Below, piece by piece: positions 28,816-38,227 of a DNA stretch of 64,000 nt (position 1 is the first letter of the stretch; each line of letters opens with the position of its first letter). The notes beneath the pieces were generated by a model. That model searched no databases. It was not told where the DNA came from and saw only the letters and a list, made by a program, of their open reading frames with translations. The DNA is taken from assembly GCA_041740515.1 (NCBI GenBank), contig JBGSLV010000036.1:4429-68428 (forward strand), read 5' to 3'. The translations under genes were made by a program, and so were the position numbers. The stretch is from Bdellovibrionales bacterium. GTDB lineage: Bacteria; Bdellovibrionota; Bdellovibrionia; Bdellovibrionales; UBA1609.

Positions 28816-29058
28816 AATCCCCCCGTGAGATATTCATTAATTATTAAATTTTGTTCTTACGGGCTTGAAGTTAATTGAGACTTGGTTTTTTAGTCATGTT
28901 AAGAAAGGGTCAACCGAGTTTCTTAACAACTTCTTAATTTTTGTTTTAAATTTTGACTAGATCTTAACGCTTAATCTTGTTTTATAAGATTTGATTTAAA
29001 ATCTGAAATGACACAAGCATTAAAAGTTTATTTTTTGTAAAGATGGATTTTAAAAAAA

Positions 29059-29084
29059 AAGCCACATGTTTGAACATGTGGCTT
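29059..29084 (-). terminator. rho-independent terminator downstream of 29235..29879
   Basis: AAGCCACATGTT / AACATGTGGCTT inverted repeat, followed on the minus strand by a 9-T run. Confidence 0.7.
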
Positions 29085-29234
29085 GATACTAATAAATTTT
29101 AATCATTAAAAAAATTTACTTAATAAATATTATAATAGGGTTGCAACAATTTATTTTCGTCTGTGTTAGCTTTTAGTCGCTTTGTAATTCAACGAAGGCG
29201 ATATAAATCATAACACCATTAACTTGCCACTCGT

Positions 29235-29879
29235 CTAGTAAGGATTGTGAGAGTAAAATTGCACGCCATCAATCCATTGGTCATGTCCACCACCATCAAA
29301 ATCAGAGAACATTAACCAAACATTCACATTATTGAAACAAGAAAGATTTACCCACAGGTCTTCTATGAATGGTCCGTCTTCGTCAGTGCCCATAGGTACT
29401 TCGACATAGTTAAAAAGATCTTGATCCGCTGTAAATTCGGCACCATTAAATCTAACAGTAAAAAATCCTTCAGCTCCGTAATTTAGATATTCAATGAAAT
29501 CACCAGCTTTAAACGATCTTCTTACTTCATCAAAATTTTCAGTTTCAAAATTATAATCACTGGTAATGTAAACAAAATCATTTTTTACAGGCAATTCAAC
29601 AATTTTTGACATGGAAATGTAAGTTGCAGCTGGTAAAGCTCGTCCAGGAGCATAGCGGTTTCGCTTTAACACGCACTCGACAGTAGGTGTTTCTTCTTTA
29701 TTTACCGAAGTTCGACCTAAAATCTTTACACCTTTTTTGTAAACTTGAAATCCTGGTGGATATTCTCCGGGCCATCCCATCGATTTGTGCCATGAAGAGT
29801 CGTAAGCCATAGCTGTGTTTGCAATCGAAAAAAAAGCTGTTGCTAATACTAGATTTAATAAAATTGATTTGTGTTTCAT
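29235..29879 (-). CDS. secreted protein of unknown function (214 aa)
   Basis: Signal peptide MKHKSILLNLVLATAFFSIANTAMA; GGGGG-type RBS. Confidence 0.65.
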   Translation of the reverse strand: MKHKSILLNLVLATAFFSIANTAMAYDSSWHKSMGWPGEYPPGFQVYKKGVKILGRTSVNKEETPTVECVLKRNRYAPGRALPAATYISMSKIVELPVKNDFVYITSDYNFETENFDEVRRSFKAGDFIEYLNYGAEGFFTVRFNGAEFTADQDLFNYVEVPMGTDEDGPFIEDLWVNLSCFNNVNVWLMFSDFDGGGHDQWIDGVQFYSHNPY

Positions 29880-29984
29880 AATCCCCCTTTGGATGTGGTG
29901 GAGTTACCTTTTAAAGCCCTGGCCTGTCAAGATATGTCGCCATAGTCACTTTAAATTTTACAGAGTTCTAAATTCTGCAAAATT

Positions 29985-30926
29985 TTATAGTTGGTCTTTA
30001 AGGATCAGCTCTCGAAGTTGCATAGCCACTGGACCTGGCTGGCCATCGCTTACTTTTTGACCTTCAAATTCTGTCACAGCTAACACATCCAACGTTGTAC
30101 CCACCATCATGATCTCTTGGGCTTCGGCTAAATCTTTGACTGTTAAATTTGCTTCCTGACGAATTTTAATAGTTTTAACATTGGCCGCAAGCTCAAAGGT
30201 GCGCTGCATAGTTGTTCCTCGTAAGATATGAGCCAGACTAGGTTTTATTAAGGCTCCATCGGCGGTAAGCACAATCAAATTTTCTGTACTACCTTCAGTG
30301 ATAAAGCCCTGTGAATTAACCCCAATAGTAAAATCAAGCCCCCTATCAATGGCTTCTTTTTTCATTAAAACATTTTGCAGATAGTTGCAGCTTTTAATCT
30401 GAGCCAGCCAACCTTCTTTAGGCGATATTTGTGAAAGTCCAATGCGAACACCCATTTTATGTTTAAGTTCAGGGACAGGTTGAAGAGTTGTAACCACTAA
30501 ATAGAGCTGTGCACCTAGAGTGTCGTAAGGACTAGTTGAAAATGATCCAGGCCCGCGGCTTAGAAATAATCGTAAGATGGCGTTTTGTAAGTTTGAAGCT
30601 TGTAAAGTCTGCTGCATTATCTGTTCAAGCTCAGTCCTTGTATAAGGACATATTAAACCGATGGCTGCTGCCGATCGCTCTAATCTATCTAAGTGTTCCT
30701 TTAATAAATAAATTTTACTGTTAATAACTTTTAAGGCTTCAAATACGGCATCACCTCGGTGGACTTGATGATCATCAATGGGTACAAACATACGAGTTGG
30801 GTCTATGACAATACCGTTCCACCAAGACGAAAACATAGCTTTATAATTTGATCTTTGGGTATTTTGTGGGTTTGACTGCAAAGCTTTTAGCCATTCGTCC
30901 GCTTGAAAAATTTTAATTGTGCTCAT
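29985..30926 (-). CDS. class IV (fold type IV) aminotransferase, branched-chain/D-amino-acid aminotransferase or ADC-lyase-like
   Basis: HRGDAVFEALKV, LKEHLDRLERSA and TEGSTENLIVL motifs. Start set at ATG 30926 (MSTIKIF...). Confidence 0.8.
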   Translation of the reverse strand: MSTIKIFQADEWLKALQSNPQNTQRSNYKAMFSSWWNGIVIDPTRMFVPIDDHQVHRGDAVFEALKVINSKIYLLKEHLDRLERSAAAIGLICPYTRTELEQIMQQTLQASNLQNAILRLFLSRGPGSFSTSPYDTLGAQLYLVVTTLQPVPELKHKMGVRIGLSQISPKEGWLAQIKSCNYLQNVLMKKEAIDRGLDFTIGVNSQGFITEGSTENLIVLTADGALIKPSLAHILRGTTMQRTFELAANVKTIKIRQEANLTVKDLAEAQEIMMVGTTLDVLAVTEFEGQKVSDGQPGPVAMQLRELILKDQL

Positions 30927-31291
30927 GCAATCCTCATAAAAACTTAATACCAAAAGAACTTAAAGCCAGTATGGCATTGCTTTTAAAAAATAGAAAGAAC
31001 TGGTGCTTAGCTTTAACTCTTATTTATCCGTACCTAATGCAACAAGCTAGTGATGGGACAATATAAATTATCCCATCACTAAAATTGTTTATCTGCACGA
31101 GCGTTATATATTGTGTGAAGAAAAAAGAAATATAATATCTGAAATTAAATTTTTAAAGCTAGAGATTGCAGATTCACAAATGCTTATTTAAAATTTTAAT
31201 TTAAAAATTTGCTACTTTAACAGACTTGCAACTTTAAAAATCTTTTCTATGAACTTTAAAATTACTTTTGCAAAATAAATGGGAGCTTATA

Positions 31292-32710
31292 ATGGATTCG
31301 TTGGGATTTAACATAGATGGAAGCTTACAGCTCATTGTAATTATAGCCGCCGTTTTTTTGGGTTTATCTTTAGTCATTGCGCTACTGCTTCGAAGAGTCG
31401 TGCACACCAATGAAGTGCATATCGTGCAATCAGGCAAAGCCACTGTCTCTTACGGTAAAGATCATCCTTCTGGAAATTCATACTACGAATGGCCCTCTTG
31501 GATTCCGAAATTTGGGATTGTGAAAATTGTTCTGCCGGTGTCGGTTTTTGATGAAGATCTTGAATCTTATGAAGCTTACGATAAGGGACGCTTGCCCTTT
31601 GTTGTTGATATCAAAGCTTTTTTTCGCATTACTGATTCGAATGTGGCCGCCCAACGCGTCAGTTCGTTTGATGAACTTCGAAGTCAACTTAGAGCCATTC
31701 TACAAGGTGCCACTCGAACCATTTTGGCCTCTGCCGATATTGAAGATATTATGCAAGGTCGAAGTCAATTTGGCGAAATGTTTACCCAAGAAGTTGAACT
31801 GCAACTAAAAAACTGGGGTGTTTCCACAGTAAAAAATATTGAACTTATGGATATTCGAGACTCTACGTCTTCGAATGTCATTCGTAATATTATGGAAAAG
31901 AAAAAATCATTGATTGAAATGCAAAGTCGAATTGAAGTGGCTGAAAATATGAAGCGAGCCAGTATTGCTGAAATTGAAGCCAAAAGAGAGACCGACATCC
32001 AATTGCAAGAAGCTTTACAACGAGTTGGATCAAGGACTGCTGAAAAAGATCAAGCTGTTGGAATTTCAAATGAAAAGGCCCAACAGTCTATCAAACAAGA
32101 AGCCAAAGCCACTGTTGAAAAAGAATTGGCTATTTTAAAATTACAACAGATTACCGAAGCTGAAATCGCCAAAAGTGTTGAGATTGTTAAAGCCAATCAA
32201 GATAAAGAAACCGCCAGTATTATAAAAGAAAAAGCTCTTATTCTGGCTTCCCAGGATAAAGAGACCAAAATTCTAGTGGCTGAAGGGGAAAAGGCCACGA
32301 CCATTTTAGTGGCCGAAGGAAATTTAGAAAGTAAAAAACGCGAGTCGGAAGGGATTGCTGTGGAAGGTACATCACGCGCCGAAGCTGAAAAAGCGATGCA
32401 ACTGGCCCCCGTCCAAGCCCAAATTGTTCTAGCCAAAGAGATAGGTAACAACGAAGGTTATCAAAAATATCTTGTAACTATTGAGCAAGTTAAAGCCAAT
32501 CAAGCCGTTGGTATCGAACAAGCTCGTGCACTTGCTGAAGCTGAATTAAAAATCATCGCCAACTCGGGCAATGTGGAAAGTGGCATGAAAGGTTTAATGG
32601 ATGTATTTTCAGCAAATGGTGGAACTCAGTTGGGTGCAATGCTCGAAGGCTTAGCCCAATCCGAACAAGGTGAAGCTATTTTAAGTAAAATTGGCCTTAA
32701 AAAACATTAG
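31292..32710 (+). CDS. flotillin-like SPFH/band-7 domain protein
   Basis: N-terminal TM helix, an SPFH core, and a long EA-rich coiled-coil flotillin tail. Start at ATG 31292, 6 nt after GGGAG. Confidence 0.85.
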   Translation: MDSLGFNIDGSLQLIVIIAAVFLGLSLVIALLLRRVVHTNEVHIVQSGKATVSYGKDHPSGNSYYEWPSWIPKFGIVKIVLPVSVFDEDLESYEAYDKGRLPFVVDIKAFFRITDSNVAAQRVSSFDELRSQLRAILQGATRTILASADIEDIMQGRSQFGEMFTQEVELQLKNWGVSTVKNIELMDIRDSTSSNVIRNIMEKKKSLIEMQSRIEVAENMKRASIAEIEAKRETDIQLQEALQRVGSRTAEKDQAVGISNEKAQQSIKQEAKATVEKELAILKLQQITEAEIAKSVEIVKANQDKETASIIKEKALILASQDKETKILVAEGEKATTILVAEGNLESKKRESEGIAVEGTSRAEAEKAMQLAPVQAQIVLAKEIGNNEGYQKYLVTIEQVKANQAVGIEQARALAEAELKIIANSGNVESGMKGLMDVFSANGGTQLGAMLEGLAQSEQGEAILSKIGLKKH

Positions 32711-32765
32711 GGCCTTGGCTTAGATTATGCTTTAATATTTTTTTTAAGCCAAATTCGGGGGTTTT

Positions 32766-35135
32766 ATGTCTGAGCTTAATACTGTTGTTTTAACTAAAGC
32801 CTATAAAAATCTAAGTTATCAACCAGAGCAGATTCTTAAATCGTTACAAATGTTAATCGATGAAAAGTCCACGATTCCATTTGTTTCTAGATATCGAAAA
32901 GAAGCCACAGGAGGGCTTGATGATCTAGCCCTGATTGAAATCTTGGATACCTATAATGACGGTGTGGAGCAAGAAGACCGAAGACTATTTATTCTTGAAA
33001 CGATAAAAAAACTTGAAAAGTTAACTCCTGAATTAGAAAAAGCCATATTAAATGCCAATTCATTAAATCAACTGGAAGACCTCTATGCTCCTTACAAAAG
33101 TAAAGTCAAAACTAAGGCCCAAGTGGCTTTTGAAAAAGGCTTAAAACCTTTAGCTGAACTTTTAAAAACAACAACCCTAAAGCTGCATGAATTGGAGAGC
33201 CAGAAAGGCAAAGAGTTTCTTACCAAAGAAAATCAATTGGTAACCTTTACTGAAGCTGTTGATGGCGCATCGGATATCATCATTGAAGAGATTGCCAACA
33301 CTCCCGAACTCAAAGACGAATTCAGACGAATGTATTGGGTGGATGCCACTTTAAAATCAAAACTAAAAAAGGGCGCTGAAAAAATTGCGGATCACGTCAA
33401 GTACCAAGATTATTTTGAGTTTGAACAAAAGCTTGCAACGCTGAAAGAGCCCAAAAATAATTTTAGATTCTTAGCACTTCGCCGAGGTGCCAATGAAAAG
33501 ATTCTTAGTCTTGATCTAGTCTTTGACGAAGTGTTTGCTAGCAAAATTATTAAAGCAAAAATGTTTCCTAAGCTCTCGTCCTTAGGATGCCAAGAGGTTT
33601 TAGAGTCTTGCGTTCAGAAAGCTTACATCCAATACATTCACCGAAGTTTAGAAACTGAGATTAAAAGTGAACTTAAAGATTTAGGGGATGAATCTGCGAT
33701 TAAAATATTTGGTGAAAATTTAAAAAATTTACTTTTGCAACCCTATATTGGGCAAAAAGCCATTTTAGGATTAGATCCTGGAGTTCGAACAGGTGTTAAA
33801 GCTGTTGCTATCGACAAAAATGGCAACTATCTTTTTGACTCTGTTGTATATCCTCACCCACCTAAAAACGACAAAGTGGGCTCCGCAAAAACAATCAATT
33901 TGTTTTTAGAAAAATTTAATATCGAGTTTATCGCGATCGGTAGTGGAACTTATGGCCGCGAGACCTTACAATTTTTGCAAGAACATATTCCATTAGTCCA
34001 AACAAATAAAGTTAAAGCCGTTCTTGTGAATGAAGATGGAGCAAGTATTTATTCGGCTAGCGCCATAGCGCGTGAAGAGTTTCCTGATAAAGATGTCACG
34101 GTTCGAGGGGCTATAAGTATCGCAAGGCGCTTTCAAGATCCTTTAGCCGAATTAGTAAAAATAGATCCAAAGTCTATTGGTGTTGGTCAGTATCAACATG
34201 ATGTTAATCCCGTGAAGTTAAAAAAATCTTTAGGCTATGTTGTCGAAGCCTGCGTGAATCATGTGGGTGTAGATTTAAATACCGCCAGCTTCTCGCTTTT
34301 GTCTTATGTTTCTGGCATTGGACCTGGTGTTGCAAAAAGTATAGTTACAACTCGGGAAAAACTAGGGGGATTCAAAGACCGAAAGCAACTGCTTAAAGTC
34401 TCTCGCTTTACTGAAAAGACTTTTGAACAGTCCGCAGGATTTTTACGAATTCATGGTGGACCTAATCCTTTAGACGCTACTTTCATTCACCCCGAGGCTT
34501 ACCCCATCTTAGAAAAGTGGTGCAAAACTAATAAAATCAAACTTGAGGATTTACCAAAATCCAAAGAAAATATCGAGCTCCTAGCGAAAGATAAAACTTT
34601 CAGATCTGATATTGGTGATTACACACATGATGATATCGTAAAGTGCTTAAAGGCTCCCACACAAGATCCTAGAACAGCTTTTGAGCCCTTCAGTTATCGT
34701 AATGACATCAAAGAGATTCAAGATCTAAAGTTAGGTCAAATTTATCCAGGTCTGGTCACCAACATCACTCAGTTTGGGGCGTTCGTAGATATTGGCATCA
34801 AAGAAAATGCTCTTATTCATATTTCGCAAATGTCGGATACCTTTGTTGACAATCCACTGGCTGTTTTAAAAGTTGGCGAAACTGTGAAAGGACGACTGAT
34901 TGATTTAGATGTAGATCGAAAACGCATTTCGCTGTCGTTAAAATCTAACCCCGAGATGGGTAATAAAACGAATTCGAATCAACGACCTAAAAATAGTGAT
35001 CGGTCTATAAAATCTGTTGATAGAGTCAACAATAAATACGATGGTCCTCAAAAGAATAAATCTAATAACAGGCCGATTGATACTTCTAACGAAAGCTCAA
35101 ATCCCTTTGCGGCCCTAAAAAAACTTAAACTTTAA
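32766..35135 (+). CDS. tex: Tex transcription accessory protein (YqgF/HHH/S1 domains)
   Basis: N-terminus IPFVSRYRKEATGGLDD, YqgF-like GLDPGVRTGVKAVAID, HHH region, and a C-terminal S1 domain (GQIYPGLVTNITQFGAFVDIG...GRLIDLDVDRKRISLSLK). Confidence 0.92.
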   Translation: MSELNTVVLTKAYKNLSYQPEQILKSLQMLIDEKSTIPFVSRYRKEATGGLDDLALIEILDTYNDGVEQEDRRLFILETIKKLEKLTPELEKAILNANSLNQLEDLYAPYKSKVKTKAQVAFEKGLKPLAELLKTTTLKLHELESQKGKEFLTKENQLVTFTEAVDGASDIIIEEIANTPELKDEFRRMYWVDATLKSKLKKGAEKIADHVKYQDYFEFEQKLATLKEPKNNFRFLALRRGANEKILSLDLVFDEVFASKIIKAKMFPKLSSLGCQEVLESCVQKAYIQYIHRSLETEIKSELKDLGDESAIKIFGENLKNLLLQPYIGQKAILGLDPGVRTGVKAVAIDKNGNYLFDSVVYPHPPKNDKVGSAKTINLFLEKFNIEFIAIGSGTYGRETLQFLQEHIPLVQTNKVKAVLVNEDGASIYSASAIAREEFPDKDVTVRGAISIARRFQDPLAELVKIDPKSIGVGQYQHDVNPVKLKKSLGYVVEACVNHVGVDLNTASFSLLSYVSGIGPGVAKSIVTTREKLGGFKDRKQLLKVSRFTEKTFEQSAGFLRIHGGPNPLDATFIHPEAYPILEKWCKTNKIKLEDLPKSKENIELLAKDKTFRSDIGDYTHDDIVKCLKAPTQDPRTAFEPFSYRNDIKEIQDLKLGQIYPGLVTNITQFGAFVDIGIKENALIHISQMSDTFVDNPLAVLKVGETVKGRLIDLDVDRKRISLSLKSNPEMGNKTNSNQRPKNSDRSIKSVDRVNNKYDGPQKNKSNNRPIDTSNESSNPFAALKKLKL

Positions 35136-35138
35136 TGC

Positions 35139-35234
35139 TTTAGTACTTTAGTACTCTAGTAATTTAATAATTTGGTATTTTAGTATTTTAAAATATTAAA
35201 ATATTAAAATATTAAAATATTAAAATATTATTAA
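35139..35234. repeat. degenerating 8-bp tandem array (about 12 units)
   Basis: Reads in register as tttagtac tttagtac tctagtaa tttaataa tttggtat tttagtat tttaaaat attaaaat x4 attattaa. It starts 4 nt after the tex stop codon. Confidence 0.8.
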
Positions 35235-35434
35235 AAACAAAATTGACACTAACTTAATTTTCACAAAACAAAAAATCGAAGTCGCTACTCCTAAAATTAA
35301 GTTAATATCTTGTGTTAACTTAATTTTAGCTTGTCTAGCTGAGTGAATAGAATAAAAGGGATATAAGAAGAGTTAAGCCAAGATGTATGGCTTATTTTAT
35401 TTTACAACCAATATACAAATTCCAGGGGGGAATT

Positions 35435-35887
35435 ATGACACTATTAAATAAGATACTATTTATCGCTGTTGCACTTTTTAGTTTTAACACTTTTGCTACA
35501 GTTGATGGCTTTACTGAAGCTTGGATTGTTGTTGAAGATTTTAATGAAGAGGACAGATTTTTTGTCCAAAAAGTCCCCGTTATTGGATGTTATGGTTTGC
35601 CTCAAGGCCCGCAAGTTGTTCAGTTTGTTTCTGAATATAAAGTTAAATCATCTTTAGGTTGTGGGGACGATAGTGAAGATATGATGAACATCAATGCTTT
35701 ATCCTGTGCCACACTTGAAGACTCTATCGAAGATGATGCTTTCATGGCTTATAAAAAAGTAGTGTTGAACATATCTAAATGTCCCCAAAAAAATAATAGC
35801 AAATTTATCAGGTTAGAACAGCTGCAGCTAAAAACTTTCCTCAATTCAAAAATGGCAAGTATGTTGCTAAACCTGAAGTTGAATTAG
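35435..35887 (+). CDS. small secreted Cys-containing protein (150 aa)
   Basis: GGGGGG RBS, then MTLLNKILFIAVALFSFNTFA signal peptide. The ORF track start at 35387 is less likely. The C-terminal 30 aa look low-complexity. Confidence 0.5.
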   Translation: MTLLNKILFIAVALFSFNTFATVDGFTEAWIVVEDFNEEDRFFVQKVPVIGCYGLPQGPQVVQFVSEYKVKSSLGCGDDSEDMMNINALSCATLEDSIEDDAFMAYKKVVLNISKCPQKNNSKFIRLEQLQLKTFLNSKMASMLLNLKLN

Positions 35888-36031
35888 TTTTAATCAAATA
35901 GTTTCTAGAATGTGAAAAGGTTTAAAAATTTTGATTTAGACCTTTTCATAAAATCCAACACTATCAATTTATAAAATTTAATGAATTAAATTGGACAAGA
36001 TATACCGACATCTGTAGAAGATATCTTTGAG

Positions 36032-36940
36032 ATGTCCCAAGATACCCTTGCCTATTTATACGCTTTTTCTGCAGTTTTCACTTTCTCTGTTGCGGCGATT
36101 GGGTTTACCTATCTAAGTCAAAAGGTATCACCACTTTGGATGAATATCTTTAAGTGTATTTTTTCCTTTTTGATCAGCCTACCTTTAGTTATTTACTTAA
36201 ATCATCAAGTTTATTGGTCCTTTGAACAGGCTTGGCCGTTTTACTTAAGTGGCATTATTGGACTTAATTTGGGCGATTGGCTGCTACTCAGCGCTTATAA
36301 AAAAATTGGTCCCGCACGCACCCTCTTACTTTTTGGTTTTCAACCTTTGATTGCTGGTGGCTTTTCTTATTATGTTTGGGGCGAAATGGTTTACCCTAAA
36401 CAGCTCATTGCCATTATATTTTTTGTGATATGTTTAATTCTATTTGGGTATGAGAAATTTCAAATACAGCGTAAATTAGATTTTTCGGGACTTTTGTTTG
36501 CACTTGGCGGTGTAACTTTAGATAGCCTTGGAGTAATCTTAACTCGCTATGGTTTTAATGAAAATCCGCAGTTAACAGGCGTTGAAGCCCAATACTTAAG
36601 AACACTAGCGGCCTTAGTTAGCTTTACGGTCTTGATTCCATTTATTAGATTAAAAATTATCGAATTAAATTTTATTAAAAACTTTTTAGCACTCACATCT
36701 GGCGAAAAGCTACTGGCTTCAGTAGCCAGTTTTTTGGGTACTTTTTTATCCCTCGCCTTTTACATGCAAGCTGTTAAAATCGGTAAACTAGCAGCAGTCA
36801 CATCCATTGTTTTAACTGATCCTATGATGTCAACCTTCTTTGAATCCCTATGGCTTAAAAAATGGCCCTCAAAATATTTGTGGTATGCTATGATAAGTTT
36901 TTTATGTGCTATGTACTTTTTGTTTTCACCACAGCTTTAA
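36032..36940 (+). CDS. EamA/DMT-superfamily transporter
   Basis: About 10 TM helices in two EamA-like halves. Confidence 0.75.
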   Translation: MSQDTLAYLYAFSAVFTFSVAAIGFTYLSQKVSPLWMNIFKCIFSFLISLPLVIYLNHQVYWSFEQAWPFYLSGIIGLNLGDWLLLSAYKKIGPARTLLLFGFQPLIAGGFSYYVWGEMVYPKQLIAIIFFVICLILFGYEKFQIQRKLDFSGLLFALGGVTLDSLGVILTRYGFNENPQLTGVEAQYLRTLAALVSFTVLIPFIRLKIIELNFIKNFLALTSGEKLLASVASFLGTFLSLAFYMQAVKIGKLAAVTSIVLTDPMMSTFFESLWLKKWPSKYLWYAMISFLCAMYFLFSPQL

Positions 36941-37189
36941 GAAGCCACAATCAACCTAACGAGCATAAACCCTGTAAGATTTCTAAGAAAACCAAACTTA
37001 ATAGGGTTGAATAATCATCTTCGGTGTATAGTCATAAATATTTCTTTGTCGGTTATTTGTTAAGATTTTTAGGCTTTTAGCGTTACCCCCTTTAAATTCA
37101 TAAATAAAATTAATTTTTTAGCGTATTTTCAACTTTAGTATTTTTCTATAACAAATATTTCGACGACTTAATTATATTAGGATGGATTC

Positions 37190-38167
37190 ATGACTATTGA
37201 TTTCACAGTGATCTTTAATCTGATGGGTAGCTTAGCTATTTTTCTTTTTGCGATTGAATATCTTGCCGATGCTTTAAAAAATCTTGATCTTGAAAATTTA
37301 AAAAAATGGTTACTTTACTCTTCTAAAACGCCGACCAGAGGTCTTATTACCGGTGCTATAACCACAACCCTTCTAGACTCTTCTTCGGTTGTGATTATTT
37401 TTTTAATCACTTTTGTGGATGCAGGTTTGATAAGTTTTTCTAATTCTTTGGGTATAGTCTTAGGAGCTAATATTGGAACAACTATTTCTAGTCAAATCAT
37501 AGCTTTTCAGATTGGTGACTATGCCGCTTTACCTCTTATAGTTGCCGTTTTCACAAAACTTCTGGTCTCTAGTAAAAAAGCTCAGTGGATGTGCCAATTT
37601 GTAATTGGCGTTAGTTTGATATTTTTTAGTTTACATCTTATGAATTTATCAGTTTTGCCTTATAAAAATTCTGCCGAACTGCAGTCGTGGATGGCAGGTT
37701 TAAATAATCCTTACACAGGTGTCCTTATTGGAGCTTTTATAACTCTTATCATCCAATCCTCTTCAGCTACTGTAGCAATTGCGATCACTCTAGCTAGTCA
37801 AGGCATGATGTCTTTGGATGCAGGGATAGCTATTATGCTTGGATCAGAGATCGGCACATGCTCTGACACTTTACTGGCTACTATTGGTCGATCCAGAGAA
37901 GCCGTACGAATTGGTATGTTCCACCTTTTTTACAATATTTTTGCAGTTATAATGGGACTAATAACTTTCGCATGGCTCAAAGGCTTTGTTGTATGGGTTG
38001 ATGGCGGTGGAGCTAATACAGCCCGAATGATTGCCAATGCTCACGTGGCTTTTAATGTGGGAGGCGCTTTGATCTTTTTACTTTTAATTCCTGTGTGTCG
38101 AAAAATCTTACTGTTAACCCTTCCTCAAAAACCTGCGAAATTAACACCAAAAATTTTAGCGCAGTAA
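37190..38167 (+). CDS. Na/Pi-cotransporter family (PF02690-like) membrane protein, short form lacking a PhoU-like tail
   Basis: GSLAIFLFAIEYL, LLDSSSVVIIF, GANIGTT and IQSSSATVAIAI repeats are typical of the NptA-related family. Confidence 0.75.
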   Translation: MTIDFTVIFNLMGSLAIFLFAIEYLADALKNLDLENLKKWLLYSSKTPTRGLITGAITTTLLDSSSVVIIFLITFVDAGLISFSNSLGIVLGANIGTTISSQIIAFQIGDYAALPLIVAVFTKLLVSSKKAQWMCQFVIGVSLIFFSLHLMNLSVLPYKNSAELQSWMAGLNNPYTGVLIGAFITLIIQSSSATVAIAITLASQGMMSLDAGIAIMLGSEIGTCSDTLLATIGRSREAVRIGMFHLFYNIFAVIMGLITFAWLKGFVVWVDGGGANTARMIANAHVAFNVGGALIFLLLIPVCRKILLLTLPQKPAKLTPKILAQ

Positions 38168-38189
38168 TTATTTTCTACGCGTCATACTA

Positions 38190-38221
38190 TTGACCCTGTA
38201 GTTAAGTACAGGGTTTAAAGT
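38190..38221 (+). promoter_or_regulatory. MerR-type promoter with 19-20-bp spacer and perfect dyad operator
   Basis: TTGACC (38190-38195), dyad ACCCTGTA-N6-TACAGGGT (38193-38214), then TTAAAG/TAAAGT (38215-38221). Closely resembles CadR/PbrR/ZntR-type operators (ACCCTATAG...CTACAGGGT). The ATG at 38228 lies about 7 nt after the -10 and has no SD. Confidence 0.6.
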
Positions 38222-38227
38222 TAAATT

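Noticed and set aside
27375-28960. Looked for Fur boxes (GATAATGATAATCATTATC-like) upstream of the TonB2-type operon and the 440-aa gene
   Set aside because: The best candidate (gatattcattaattattaa, about 28827-28845) matches only about 9 of 19 positions and lies in the 5' UTR next to the RBS. No convincing iron-regulation signal.
35139-35234. Regular short repeats that might suggest a CRISPR array
   Set aside because: The period is only 8 bp with no unique spacers, and there are no cas genes in the window. It is a simple minisatellite.
35790-35905. Alternative frame at the 3' end of the 35435..35887 gene reads more protein-like (TAAAKNFPQFKNGKYVAKPEVELVLIK), suggesting a frameshift near the CCCCAAAAAAA run
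   Set aside because: The alternative frame is closed by TAA TAG immediately upstream, so a shift would have to occur within a few specific bases. About 30 stop-free codons has roughly a 9% chance in this composition. Not enough evidence without orthologues.
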